Of a DNA stretch of 64,000 nt, positions 28,195 to 41,085 are shown piece after piece. Source of the stretch: Microbotryum violaceum (taxonomy: Eukaryota); the NCBI GenBank assembly GCA_001244265.2, contig CDLV01000007.1:62001-126000 (forward strand), read 5' to 3'. A program made the translations under genes and the position numbers. Numbering within the stretch: the first letter of the stretch is position 1; each line of letters starts with the position of its first letter. The notes under the pieces are model-generated. The model saw only the letters and a list, made by a program, of their open reading frames with translations, searched no databases and was not told where the DNA came from.

Positions 28195-31100
28195 CACAGT
28201 CCCTTTCGGCCGAGCTCCGCTGCAACATGGGATCACCTCCCTCGCTAAAACTCACTGTGCAAGCGGCTTTAAGAGAAACCCAACTTTCGGAAATGAATTT
28301 CGTGCCAGAAGTAGAATGAGTGAGATCGACGCCAGCCTCACGAAGTGAGCAAAGAGAAACTTTTGAGAGGGGTCGTTTTTGGAGGGGTCGATCCGCTACG
28401 TAGCGTAGCGGAGTAGTGGCGAACTCGGACGTACTACCCGAAGAGCTCAAGGTAGTAGGTACAGCCCCTTTTGGATTTGTTCTGGTCTCCACTTCTACTT
28501 AGCTCGCAGGTGAAGGGTGTGCACCGCCATTGGCGGCACCTCGGACCACTATGCCCGGCCGAAGTGGGTTGGTTCGCCGATGCTTATTTTAGTTTGTCTT
28601 TGGCTGTAAGGAATCTATGAGAGCGTTGACAGGAAATGGAACAATATTTCTGAAGCGCGGAGGTGTCCAATTGAACTTGCACATACAGCATAAAACTGCA
28701 GAGGTGAACAGCCCCCATCTCGATGGGACGATGCGCCGGTCGTTCCCTCAGAAGCGCGACTCCTGTGTCGGCTACATGCGGGTCTTGCCAAGACATGCGT
28801 CAGTACAGGGCTTCGTTGGTCCCTTTTGTACCTCGCAGGAACTTCTCGGCCAGCCAACGCATCATAGTCCCATACCCTGGGTCTAATTCTGCAGCCACTC
28901 GGTCTGCGCAGCTTCTTAGAAATTCTCAGATTGACGGAGCCTTGATGCGAGCCCCTCGGAACCGCAGGATCTTCACAGTAAAAGTGGTTTAATACAAAAA
29001 AGAACTAACCATAAATAGGTGCACTTAGCGTAGCCAAGTGGCACCCGTTTTCTCTCTTGTCGCTCCCTAGACAACGGTGCCCGCAGAGTTGACGCTTGCC
29101 TCGATGAGATGTTCGGTCCGCGCACAGACAGCGCCAACTCTCTCTCTCTCCGACCGACCGACCGACCGAAGCAGTCCCAGTCGTAGGCTCTTGTTCTCGC
29201 CATCGTTCGGTGCATTTCCCAAAACGAGCTTGAAACGATAGCTTGGATCGATGTCTCAGGTGTATGAGAACCAACTCGCAAAACCTAAAGTGTACTTTCG
29301 GTTCTCCGATCCTTGAAAACTGTAAGTTCGGTCACGGGACCCTGCACTTCATCCTCAACTCGAAGTTCGACGAGTGCGCCGGCTCGTTTGGGTCGGTTCC
29401 GAAGCCAACTTTATCGCCGACGGCCCTGGTCCCGTACGGGCTCTGCAAGACGTCATGTTGTCCAACCCCTTCATCCAGTCATCACCGTCGTCACAAAAAA
29501 AAAATCATAAATCATGAAGAGTGAAGTTTAATTTTTCTGCCTCGTGCAAAGTAAAATTAGAGACAAGTCTTTAAGTTCGGTGCAAGAGCAGAACGAAGAG
29601 AAGAAAACGTGTAGTCGACGCCGAATGCGCTCTAGCCCGCCGCGTTCCAGGCTTGCGCTTGGACCTTTCCCTCTTTTGGACGGGCAGCCGTTCTTCCCTC
29701 CACCTGCAACTTCTGAAGCCAAACCAAAGCTGACTCTAGTACAAAGTCCGAAATGAGCTAGTGAAAGGGGGTTAGAAGAGGTAAAAGTAACGGAGGAGAT
29801 TGATGATAAGACTTGTGGCGATAACAACCTTTTTGCTTGGGGCGTGACTCGCTGCGGCGTCGAGCATGTCTCGGACATGATCGCGTTCACCTTCGGCTTT
29901 GCCACATCCAACGGGCACGTATTTTCGAATGTGATTGTCTTTATAAAATCATTAACTCAACAAAATGAAACCAGAGTGCGAGTAGAGCAACCGTAAAATG
30001 CTGCCTGCATCGTTCATGGAATTCAGCCGCCAGCTCCGAATTATGGGACGTCTCGGAACTTCGAGCCTCGACTGCTTGAACAGGGTTGATGGTTGATGGC
30101 GCGGTCCAGTCGATAGCACAGTTGGTCACTTGGGCACACGTCTGGCCAAATGACGAGATAATGGGTGATGAATCAGCAACTGCAGAGGTCATTCTGGCAG
30201 CTTTTTCACAGACGTCAGTGGCACTTTGGGCGCGTGCGACAGCAATCAGGCTCGGGTGATTGCTTGCCTGCGTCGCGCGAGAGGGGGGTTTGCGCCTAGA
30301 CCACTCCAGCCAGCTGTAACCAGCACGAGCAAATGCAGCGATTCATCATTTGCTGTGCAATCTCGATAGGCTGCTTCGGCTTGTAACTACTTGGTACTGT
30401 AATCAGTTCTAAGCATTTGCTATCTGGGCGGCGGCTACATAAATTCGATCGCAAATCCTCTTTGCCGCAAAACCTGTTGGCAACCGAGCATGACGAGGCG
30501 CAGCAATCGCAAATCGCCGAAAGGGGCAAGTCTGCCTCGACCGAGATGGAGAGGTTTTCCGGACGCCCGCATGCGACAATTGAAACGCATTTGAAATCCG
30601 CGCGCGCAATTGTACTCCCATGTGATAAAAAATTGTAATTGCGCTAACCCTTTTATGCTTTAAAATGCGTACAAATCGCCCGAGTCATCCCGATTTTGAG
30701 GGGGATCCTTTTTTGGAGCGGTCAGCTGGCCCGAGCACAAATTGAGAACGTGCTCGCGAGACATGTGCACCTAGAGCCCTGGGAGCGGGCCTCGAGCAAA
30801 GTACTCATTACAGAATTGGAGCTTTCATTACGAAATCCCGGAGATTGTAATTGGTCATTTATTCAACGGGCGCGCACGGAGCCCGCGTCTCAGCTGTCTT
30901 CTCTCCTTCCGCTTTGAGCAAGTGTCGCAGTCCCGGCCCCGCCGGTGTTCTCCTTGATGGTTTTAAACCTCGACGGCCAGCGGACTGGAATTTCGACATT
31001 GATTGACTGGCGACGGGCAAACGCATCCGTAATCTCGAGCAGAGCGCAACCTTTGAATTCGAGATTGTCGATTCCCGCTTCAATTGGTCATCAAGATTCT

Positions 31101-31918
31101 CCGTCTTTCAGCAAGGTCAGTTGACCTCGATGAACCTGGCCGGCTGCGGTAAGTAATTTGAAGCGCGCTGATGGCCTCGACGTCGCAGGAGCTCTTCTCT
31201 CTTCTGTTTCTCGTCGGCTCCGATTGATTGGGTTCGAAAATCCTACGCTCACTAGGCTCGCGGCTCTAAACGATGAGTCATGAGCCCACGTATCCACGAC
31301 TTCGCTCCGCCATCATCGTACCTTGGGAGCCTCACTATCGCTCGTGCTCGTGGGCCCAACCGATAATACTGCGCCGACCCGGTCCCCAGATTTTATAAGC
31401 ACCGGAGCGAAGCTCGATTCAATTACTAGGCTCCGAGCGCGTACCTTCCAACTCGGGATATTTTTAATTATGCGCTGCGGCGCGTGGCCGGGGCGCCTGG
31501 CGTGGTCGTGTCGACTTTAAGGTTCGGCTCGGAAGGAGTCGGGGCACCAAATATCTGGGGCGATTTTGTGTGCCTGGAGGTACAGAGCTCATCCTGCTGG
31601 GCAGATGTGTACCTTAGCTGCAGTCGAGACCCTGCCGTGGCGTGCTCGTTCCAGGCGCACTCAGACTTGCGCTTTCCACCTCTCCCCTCTCTCCTCCTCC
31701 ATCTTGCCCATCTCGCTACCGTCATCGCCCACCCCCGATCTGTTGTTTGTTCTTTGTTCGTTTCACTTTCGGCCGCGCTCGTCTCGACATTCGACCCTTG
31801 AGTCGCCTACACTCATTTGTGACCACTGCGAGCGACTTGCCAGAGCCCACCGCCTACGAGCTTCTTATTGCCTTCTTCTCGCGACCACGACGTGCATTAA
31901 CATCTATACTTCCTCGAC

Positions 31919-33732
31919 ATGGAGCTCTCCTCGTCTTCAATGACTCGTCGCCACCCGGCATCGCTCTTGCCTCGATTCATGCACGACCCTGCATTGCTCG
32001 AGCTCGTTTGCACCTCGGTCACTTCCGAGATGATATGTAAGTCGGCCCTGTCCGCGGGATCCTCGGCAACTGTTGGCTTCGGCGCGGGTGCGCCGCGGTT
32101 CCGTCAGGCGCTGGGCGCGCCGATCTCCCAGGTGGCGTGAAACCAACATATATGAGGCCGCGACTGACTTCTTTCTTTCGTCGTGTGCTCATTTCGCTCT
32201 TTACAGCCTACATCGCCGACAAGGCTTGCGAGGTTATCGAATGCGCCCCTGTCCCTGTCTCGCGCGGCCTCCCCTCCCCTCCGACGACGCCGATCCGGTC
32301 AAAATTTCCCGCTTCGACTTCGTCCTCGACTACACCCGCAGGCGTTGAAATTCCTTCCCTCACCGAATTCATCACGAACCTTGTACAAGAGTCGAATGTA
32401 CATGTCCCGACGCTGTTGTGCACGCTCGTGTACCTCGATCGATTACGCTCGCGCCTGCCCAAGGTTGCGCACGGCATGGAATCGACTCGGCATCGCGTCT
32501 TCCTGGCCACGCTCATCGTCGCAGCCAAGTACCTCAATGGTAAGTCCGATGTGGATAGTCTTCCCCATCATCCGTTAGCTTGCTCTGTCGGGGGGTGCGC
32601 ACTCCCCCCTGGCTCCGGGCTGTCTCGCCGCCCATTCGGCCCGGTCACCGATGTCTTAGATGGACTGGAACACTGACGCGCTTTGCAAAAACCTTGCTAT
32701 CATCCCCTCTTCTGATACATAGACTCCTCGCCGAAGAACAAGCACTGGCAGAGGTGAGCTTTTCTTGTCTTTCTGCATTAAGAAGATTCTTCCATGGTAT
32801 ATCTTGCTGACCATACCAGTCCAACGTCTTGGCCCTGCTGCAGATACGCCGCGATCTTCCCGATCGCCGAGGTCAACCTGATGGAACGGCAGCTATTATT
32901 CCTGCTCGAATTCGACCTTCGCACCGATGACCAAGAGGTTAGTTTGATCACACCATTGTGTCTCAGGTTATGTTTGTGCGCCCCTCCGGATCGTGCGATC
33001 GGCCCGAAGGCTGCCCCACACGCTGTTCTCATTGATGAAACCTGGGGCAGTCGCTACCTCGGCCGATCGCTGGCGATGGCGGCGCGCGCGTGCGCAGGGC
33101 AGCCTCTGGATCGCCGCGGCAAGCCTCTGGATCGGCACCTGACACTGACCACGATGTCTCGCTTTGTGGTTTCACCTAAACAGCTCTGCGATCACTTCGC
33201 CCCCTTCTTGAGCCATTCCGGTCCCGTTGCATCGACGTCGTCAACCCAAGTCGGTACCGAACCCTCGACTTTTGGGGACCTTTGCGCCTCGACCTCGACC
33301 CCTGTGAGCGCCAAGGCCAGCGGACGCAATGCCGCGCCTCACTCGCCGACGGCCTCGCCGATCACCAACATGCAATCTCCAACTCTTCGTCGGCTGTCTC
33401 GTAACCCGATGCAAAATCAACAGTCCCAGTACTACCACTTTCGAGGCTCCAATTTGTCGTCCAAGGTATCACCTTCCGACTCGGAGTCGTCGGCGTCGAC
33501 ATGTTCGCCCAAGACGCCTATCGACGAGCTGCCATGTTTTGCTCTGAACACCATTTCAATGGAACCAATACGGCGGTCGTCGTTCGCCAAGATGTTTGAA
33601 GCTGGCAAGGAAGTGCTTGGGTTCACACAATCCGCGACGGCTTCAACAACATACATGAAGCCAACATATTCCTCATTCATCCCGTCAATGCGATACACCA
33701 ACACCGAAGGGATCGAGATGATGCAGTATTGA
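31919..33732 (+). CDS. Pho85-type cyclin (PCL1/2-like)
   Basis: [84 protein letters not shown]. Confidence 0.9.
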
Positions 33733-34116
33733 TCATGCCACCTCCTCTATTCTCTCGAGGGGTCATGTTCGAACTTCTTGCCACGCCATTGCATTATCTT
33801 TTTTCCATATCATCTCCAGTTCCTACCTTCACTGCACGAACCTTCCTTTCTACTGTATCACTGCACCCCCTTGTGCCTTTTTAGAGATCGTGGCAGTGTG
33901 CCCAGTATCCATGTAGCTACTTATACATCCTAGCTCTATATCCTTAGTATGTAGCAATAACAGTTTGAAGTGGTACAGCAACAGCTCTCGAGAAAAGTTC
34001 TTGAGAGAAAACTCTTGCAACTTACCTTGTCTCGCGTCCTCACCTGCCCTCACAGGCTGGGTCATCCGCTTACCCTTCCGCACCAAGTCACCTGACCTGA
34101 ACCCCATCCCCCAACG

Positions 34117-34966
34117 ATGCCATCGACGACGGCCCTCCCGCAAAAGAAGTACCGATCCTCTGGTGGCGAGACCGTTCGTCGGGCCAAGAAGCAGCGCTTT
34201 AACCCCGTTCCACGACCTTTGTCGAATGCGACTCATCACAACGGTGTAGGAGGAAGTAAAGGGAAGGGAAGGGTGACGCCGGTCGCTGCGAAGCCGTCGC
34301 CTGTGAATGCGCGGACGACGCAGTCGGACGAGGAGGAAGAAAATGCGTTGGCTGGCGAGGAAGACGACGAAGTAGACGTTTCGAAAGCACCAGTGGCTCC
34401 TCTGAAGAAGCGCAAGATGACGGGAGGGACGGGCAAAAAGGGCAAGAAGTTTGTCGAGTCGCAGGTGAGCGCAGAACACACGTTTTCAGCGACCAGACGA
34501 TCGCCTCGGAATTAGGATCTGACTTGTAGTTCCATATCCGTCAAAGAGTGATCTTCTCTCGCTGGTACATTCCATAACGGGGGCTCATGAGATCAAGAAG
34601 AAGAGCAAGGTGCAGAAAGTGGTCAGTCCCCGCCGCTCCGCTGAGCGAGCTCGGACAAAATACGAGCCAGCCTCTGATGCAAAGTTTCACCGAAAACAGA
34701 AACAGCCAAAGGCCCCATCTGTCGAAGCTCAAAAAGCTCAAGAACGAGCAAACAAGAAGCAAGCGCAATTGGTACGTTTATGACCTCATTGGTCTGTCGG
34801 GCCATTTCGGCGACTGACTTCTCCTTGCTTGATTTTGTCTCCACAGGAAGCCGCAAAAGCCATCGTTGCCGCTCGTACCAAAGCCAAGAAGGATCGGGCC
34901 AAAGCAGCAGAAGACATGGCCAACTCGGACCCCCAGGATGGAAGGAAACGGGTGTCGTTTGCTTAG
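34117..34966 (+). CDS. Basic nucleolar-type protein, LOC1-like (3 exons)
   Basis: Lys-rich; KKGKKFVESQ/SDLLSLVHSI; C-terminal RKRVSFA; GT-AG introns keep frame. Confidence 0.6.
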
Positions 34967-35133
34967 ATCCTCCCGTAGATCAAGGAAGGTTTGGCTTTTT
35001 TTCCACCAGTAGCACGTCGTCGCAAACAATGTTGTAATCTTTGATACTTCACCCGTTAGATGATATCACTGTTTATGGCTCTAATGCGTGCGTGTGTTTG
35101 AGAGGATCCAAAATGTCCCGGTTTTGTACATGT

Positions 35134-36927
35134 CTATAACCCTTTCGTCAGGTCCGGTGCCTCACTCCCTGGCGTCGCCGCTTCGTCATGCAACTCCTCT
35201 TTGATCAACTTGAACCCAACCGTCTGCTCCATCCCTTTGACCAAGACCATCTCATCCCCCACTTGGGGCCTTTTGGCGACCGCCCCCGGATGTGCACCGA
35301 CGATCTCCGCGGCCCTTCTCGGCAATCCATCATCCGCCCTCTCGATCTCCCTCAAGAACTCCAAGACAGGCTTCGAGATCCACCTTCTGGGTCGGAGGAA
35401 GCCTTCGAACCAGCCGAGATGACCACCGTGTTTCGTGCGCGCAAAGATGAGATTGGGGTTCGATTGCGCGAGTTGGTCCGGAACGGTGGCGCTCGCCACG
35501 ATCGGATCGTCGATGGCGGAGAACGTGAGAGTGGGTACAGCGATCCCAGAAGCGTTTTGGTTCGCCGATGCCCATCGGTAATAGTGAACCCCCGATCGCT
35601 GCGTTGCAAAAGGGTCAGCGACTCGCTCACCTTAGCAACGCTCCTAAACCTTCAGAGCATACTCACGAATCCGAATACAGGGCCGGTGAAGAGTGAATCA
35701 AACTCGTACCTGTACGATGAACACATGCTGTTCTTAGTGGCGTGCGCTTAGACGGCCGCCTACCTCGAGGAGCTGAGATACCAATGACCTACAGCGTCTG
35801 ATAGGGGTTGCCATAGATCGCGTCCCAGTCGACCTCTTCAAGAGGCTCGAACAGAGCCTGATGCGGTTTGAGGATCCTCCTCAAGTTCGCAGCCATCGCC
35901 CTCGAATAGATCAACCTTAACCATGAACTCGACAGCACGACGTGGCCATCGACAAAATCCCACGGAGCGCCGAGGACAAGACCGGCTTTCAACGCGGTCC
36001 GCTCGCCTTCGAGACCGAGGTACTTGGCCAGCTGGTTCGCACCCAGCGAGAAACCAATTCCATACAGTGGGGCTTGGGGTGCGAGACGTCCCAGGAAAGC
36101 AAGAGCGCACCGCAAGTCGTCGGTCGTGCCTCCGCTGTAAAGTTTTGCGCTCGTGACGGGTGTTCCAGCGCAACCTCGAGAGTTGACGACTAAACCCCGC
36201 CATCCTAGTCCGCCTTGATCTTTAGGTTTGGTGACTCGCGTCAAGACGTCCCGGACGTAGGATTCGTGCGAGCCTCCGGTGAGACCATGGCAGACGACAA
36301 GGATTGGCTGGTCCTCGATGATGGGCGAGTCGGCCCTGATGGGCGGTGTGATGTCGAGGCACAAGGTTCCTCCATCGGGCACACGAATTGTATGCCTCGA
36401 GTAGATGAGATGATCGCTGTGGATTCCGATTCGAACCGAAGACATCGCGACGGAAGCGGGCAAGCGGAGGAGCCGAGGAAGAATGCCGAAGGAGAAGGAA
36501 GGTTAATGATCAGCGTTCGGCAAAGTGAAACACTTGCACATGCGGCAGTGTGGTACTGACTAGTCAAACTTGGCGATCGTGCACCAGATTGTTGCCAAAT
36601 GACCACTGCGAAGATGCGCATCAGCCCTAACGATCAGCTTGCTGCGACGCGCCAGCAGCACGAAATACGGCGACGTCAATTTACGATCAGCGGCGGGCTG
36701 CGAGCTCACCTGCTGAGCCAAGCCGTAGGCGTGTACCAGCCTCCGTCGCCGCTGAGACTCTTGCACCGTTTGATTACCTCGTCCAGACCGGTTTTGATCT
36801 TGTCTCCCGTCTTTGGATCGATCTTGACGAGCACCCGCGGTGACGGATGATGGACGATCTCGACCCGGCCCGACAGGCCGACGAGCGCCAAGACGCGGAG
36901 GTACAGCAGCCTCAACCGTGAGAACAT
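35134..36927 (-). CDS. Alpha/beta hydrolase, EHT1/EEB1/ABHD1-3 family
   Basis: PDGGTLCLD, HGLTGGSHESYV, NSRGCAG, GFSLG nucleophile, DDPIV, HGGHLGWF. Start codon uncertain. Confidence 0.9.
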
Positions 36928-37121
36928 CTTGGCAGAGGCCCCAGTAGCTGCGAATCCACACCACCAGGCTCTTGAAAACGCAACGTGGGTATCGTGCGGT
37001 CCACGCGTGGCGGTAGAACAGTGTAAAGAAGCGGCGTGAGGCCCGGGCGCTTGCGAACGAATGCACGCCGCACCCATACGCGCACGCTGACGTCGCCGAA
37101 ACCCGACCCGAAACAGCGCGT

Positions 37122-37165
37122 CATAGTAACCCCCCCCCCCCTGAAATGGGACGATCCCGGGATCG
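37122..37165 (+). repeat. Second copy of the terminal motif of the 20.9-kb MITE-like element
   Basis: CATAGTAA-C12-TGAAATGGGACGATCCCGGGAT versus CATAGCAAAA-C6-TGAAATGGGACGA...GATCCCGGGAT. Confidence 0.6.
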
Positions 37166-38341
37166 AGCCCCGATTTCAAATCCCGCATCGCATTTGAAAT
37201 GCATTTGAATGCACGATTCCGAATGTGTTTGAAATCGCTGCAGTGTCGGATCGTGCGCCGCCCGTCGCCGAATCGGTGGACTCAGCGATGCTTCAGCTCA
37301 GTGGAGAAGGGAGTTTAGCGGATGCCCAAACTCGATCTAATAATACCGGTAAAAAAAAGGTCAAGCGTAGAATAAACAGCAAGGTAAAACAGGCAAATAG
37401 CTAACTTGTTTCTCATTTCTAACCCAGTCTCTGCCCTTTACCTTTTGTTCCGAAGAGGGATCTTGCTCAGTTCAGGCCTCTTTCGTACGACGTGGCGCTG
37501 TAGAGTGTATAGCTGGACACCCACAAACACCAAATACTCGAAGAAAGGCCAACTCTTACCAGAAGCATAATCGCATCACTTGTCTCTCGAACTGCCAGCT
37601 GCCGACTCGCGACCGAGGATGCCACGGCCGTCAGCAGAAACCAAAGGGCCGCATCTGCCGCCCCTATCGCGATCGCTGCTAGCCGCACCGAGTCGCGCGT
37701 TGCGTAGCGCGTTTCACCTCGACTTCGAGCGCTAGTTTCGGAATCGAAGCTTTCAAGTTCGGTTAGGGTCGATCTTGAAGAAATGTTTTAGCTCCCATGT
37801 CTTTCCTGCGTAGGCGCTTACCAATGTATAGTCGGGCGGTGGAGCTGCCTGCTCAGCTGCTTTGAACGGTGGCGGTTGATCGCGAGGAATTGAGACATAC
37901 GGTTACCGGAGCACACGTTATCACAGCACATCTCAATTCATCTCAACGAGCTTGGACTCGGAGTTTTGGGGGACCCACATGGCGTGATCGACGACCTCAG
38001 CACCCGGTCGCTAGTCCAGTATCGTAGCGCGATTCGAAGCTGTGAATCGACTAACGGAGGGGCCCCCGTCGACCTGTCCATTTTGGATTCCGAACTCTGA
38101 CGGCCGAAAATACGATCCCCGGGAAAGCTTGCGACTCGGGGGTCCTTCCTCTACCTCTCTCTCTCTCTCTCATCTCCAACCCTAGACTGAAAGAGCCGTT
38201 CGGTCCCACATTAACTCTCTTTCCGGCTTCACATCTAGCAACTCTTACGTGCGGCCCACTTGCTGTCGACGTCTCCTTTCCTTCCATCTGAACCCCCATC
38301 CTTCACCCGGTGTACCTCCGCCCCGCCGTTTCCTCGCAAAA

Positions 38342-40392
38342 ATGCGAGTCCCCTCGGCCTTGTTCGCCCTCCTCCCCCTGTTGGGCCAACTTACGCAAGC
38401 CCACCACGATGCGGCCCCTCGCCACCACCAGCCGCGCTCGTTCAAGCTCGAAGTCAGGACTCCGCAGCGCAGTGACCTGCTCCGCCTTGATGGAACTATG
38501 AACGTGGAGTGAGTACTGCATCGAGCTATGCCTCAGTCATCTGAAATCCAAGCTTCTCCCATCCTCGTGCTTCGAACCCCTCAACTCGGCGAATGAGACC
38601 CACGGCCCGGGGGCGCCTTAAAATTGGTCTCCTGGCGTGCGCAGCACTAGTTCGAGGCTCGAGCGCTCGGTTCCGGTCACGCCGCACCCTCTGCTTTCCA
38701 GTTCCCCTCCAAGTCGATCTAGTCTAGACTATAAACATGCAACTTACTGACGCCCCACAATACCACCTCTTCAATTTCGTGTCCATCTCCGTAGACTCGT
38801 CAAGCGCGCCGTCAAGCAACATCATCAACGTCGCCAAGCTCAAGCCGTGGCCGCCACTAGAGACCAAACTGCTCACTTGAATGTCTTGAAGCGAGCTCAA
38901 GAGACGGAGGACATGTTCCATGCAAAAAAAGCGAGGGTCATGGGAAGGGCCTTAAAGACGGGAGCAGCGCCTGTGAAACCTCACGCAGACGGCTCCTGGA
39001 GCGGAACGGTTGGGCTTGGTCCCGGCGGGTCCCAAAAAATCCTCAATCTCATGCTCGACACGGATGGCCCCAGGTAAGTTCCCTGATTATGCTTGTCAGA
39101 TTAGGCTATAACCGCTGAAAACTGACATGCGTTTCTGCATTAACTCACGCGCCAAAGACTGGATATTTTCGCCAAAGGGTCACCCACGAAGTGCAATACT
39201 ACCTACGATCCGACCAAATCGCCTCACGCTATCAAAGGGGCCTCTTTCACATCCAGAGATGGTGAGGACACCCCTAAACTCTGACGACATAGCTCCCTGG
39301 CGTTCGCTAATACTAATCTTGGCCCTCCTGACAGGCATAGCGAGGGGCGACTACTATCAAGACTCTGTGACTTTTGGTGGCTTGGAGGTTGCAAACCAAT
39401 TCTTCAGAGTTTTCACCAACACATCCAATGGAATGAGCCTGGAAGATCACCTGCTCTTGCTGGATGAGGCTTGTGGCTTCTTGGGTCTGGGCTTTAACAC
39501 GATCCAGCCGACCTTGGTGCAAACCCTCATCAGCTCCCACGCGATTGCCCGGCCCTTCTTTGCCGTTGCTCTCAACAATAAAGGCGGCTCGGTCGATATC
39601 GGTACGGTCGATACAAGAGCTTACAAGGGCCACGTAGCGTGGGCTCCCCTCGCGTATGGCGCGAAATCGACGTCGTGGACGATCAAGACCCCAGCCTTTA
39701 CGAAAGATAAGCAGCCTGTCGCGAACAGCAGCAACCTGACCGTTTCTTTCCAAACCTATTTCAGGTAAGTCGCCGTCGTTGCGGTGATTTGTGCTTGAGC
39801 TGACAAGGCGAACGCGTAATTCGCGCAGCTTCACGATGATCCCACCCTGGTTCGGGCACCAACTTTTCGACGACATCGGCGGCTCCGTCGATAAAGAAAA
39901 CTTCAACTTTTACCGGGTTAGGTGCGACGAGATTAAAAAAAGAACATTCGGCTTCATTATCGGCGGTCAGACCATGGAAGTGCCCCTGTCGTCGATCAAC
40001 ATCGGACGTAAGCTTCGGTCCACGTCCCAGGCTATCTTTCGGTCCGAACTTGCTTGCCCAAATCCGGCCAGCTGACCCGTTATGAACATGCTACGTTCTT
40101 TATTAGCCTACGATAACGACACGAGCAAGTGTTCTTTAGCAATCATACCAGCACCGGACACATTGGATGAAATCACATTTGGAACTCTGGCACTGGAGGT
40201 TGGTACAAGCGCTTTGATCTAGTCTCCGACCCGCGATGCCAAAAGCACGTCACTGACCTCTCGTGCGACATCTCGTCGTCGTGGCGACCTTCGTTTTAGA
40301 GCTTTTACGTTGTGTATGCATTCGCGCGCCAAAACATGGGCCCGGCTGTCGGCGTCGCCGAGGCCAAAACTGTCCCCCATCCGCCTTACTAG
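38342..40392 (+). CDS. Secreted pepsin-fold (A1) aspartic protease homolog, predicted catalytically inactive
   Basis: Signal MRVPSALFALLPLLGQLTQA; YDPTKS, YYQDSVTFGG, GFLGLGF, FFAVAL, IGTVD..YKG, YRVRC, FYVVY..AVGVA; active-site motifs read DTDGP and QTYFS. Confidence 0.85.
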
Positions 40393-41085
40393 TTCGACGC
40401 CTTACATGCCGCCTCAATAAGAGGCCCTTACCTCCGTTCTGTGACTGCTTCTTTCTGCCGCTCCAATGCGCTCTCCTTCCCCGCATCCTTTTCACATCGG
40501 TCGTCATTCTCACACCACCAGATTACGGGGCCCTCTTTTGCTGCAATTTGCTTTTCTGTGGAAGCACCGCGTGCAACCGTGCTCCAGAAACAATAGACAG
40601 GATCAAGTGGTAGTAACCCACCTCTAGAACCTCGGGTCAGTGACCTAACAGCAGCCAAGAGAGGTTCCAGGCTCGCGCGAGCTATCTGAACTAAACACGA
40701 TTTGCATCGCCTTCCATGGGACCTCGGGCAACGGCTGCGATACCCGTTTATTTGGAACATCACACGCATCGCTCAGCTGAGCCGTGGTTTTATACCCTAT
40801 CCCGGGCCATCAATTGGCTGCACTCCGACTTCATCGGGAGTTGCACTGCTTCTCAAAGGCTCTTCCCGCGAGATAATCCATATTCCAACAATGTGCATTA
40901 CAGCCATTCCTTCCTCCCACACCGTTAGGAATAAGCGCTATACGTCAACAGAGGTTGAGGATTACCAGTGGGAACCCGTTAAATGAACGGGAGGATGAAA
41001 TTCAAGAACCGAACAGTATACATGATTCTAGCATTTTAGCAGAGGCAGAACAACACAATATGAAGTACAGCAACGAAACGATTCT

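Noticed and set aside
37467..37688. ORF with a signal-peptide-like start
   Set aside because: Starts at GTG rather than ATG; no supporting exons.
40340..40393. Palindrome TCGGCG-T-CGCCGA followed by CTAGT resembling a Helitron 3' end
   Set aside because: It is the in-frame last exon of the pepsin-like gene (AVGVAEAK...PY*).
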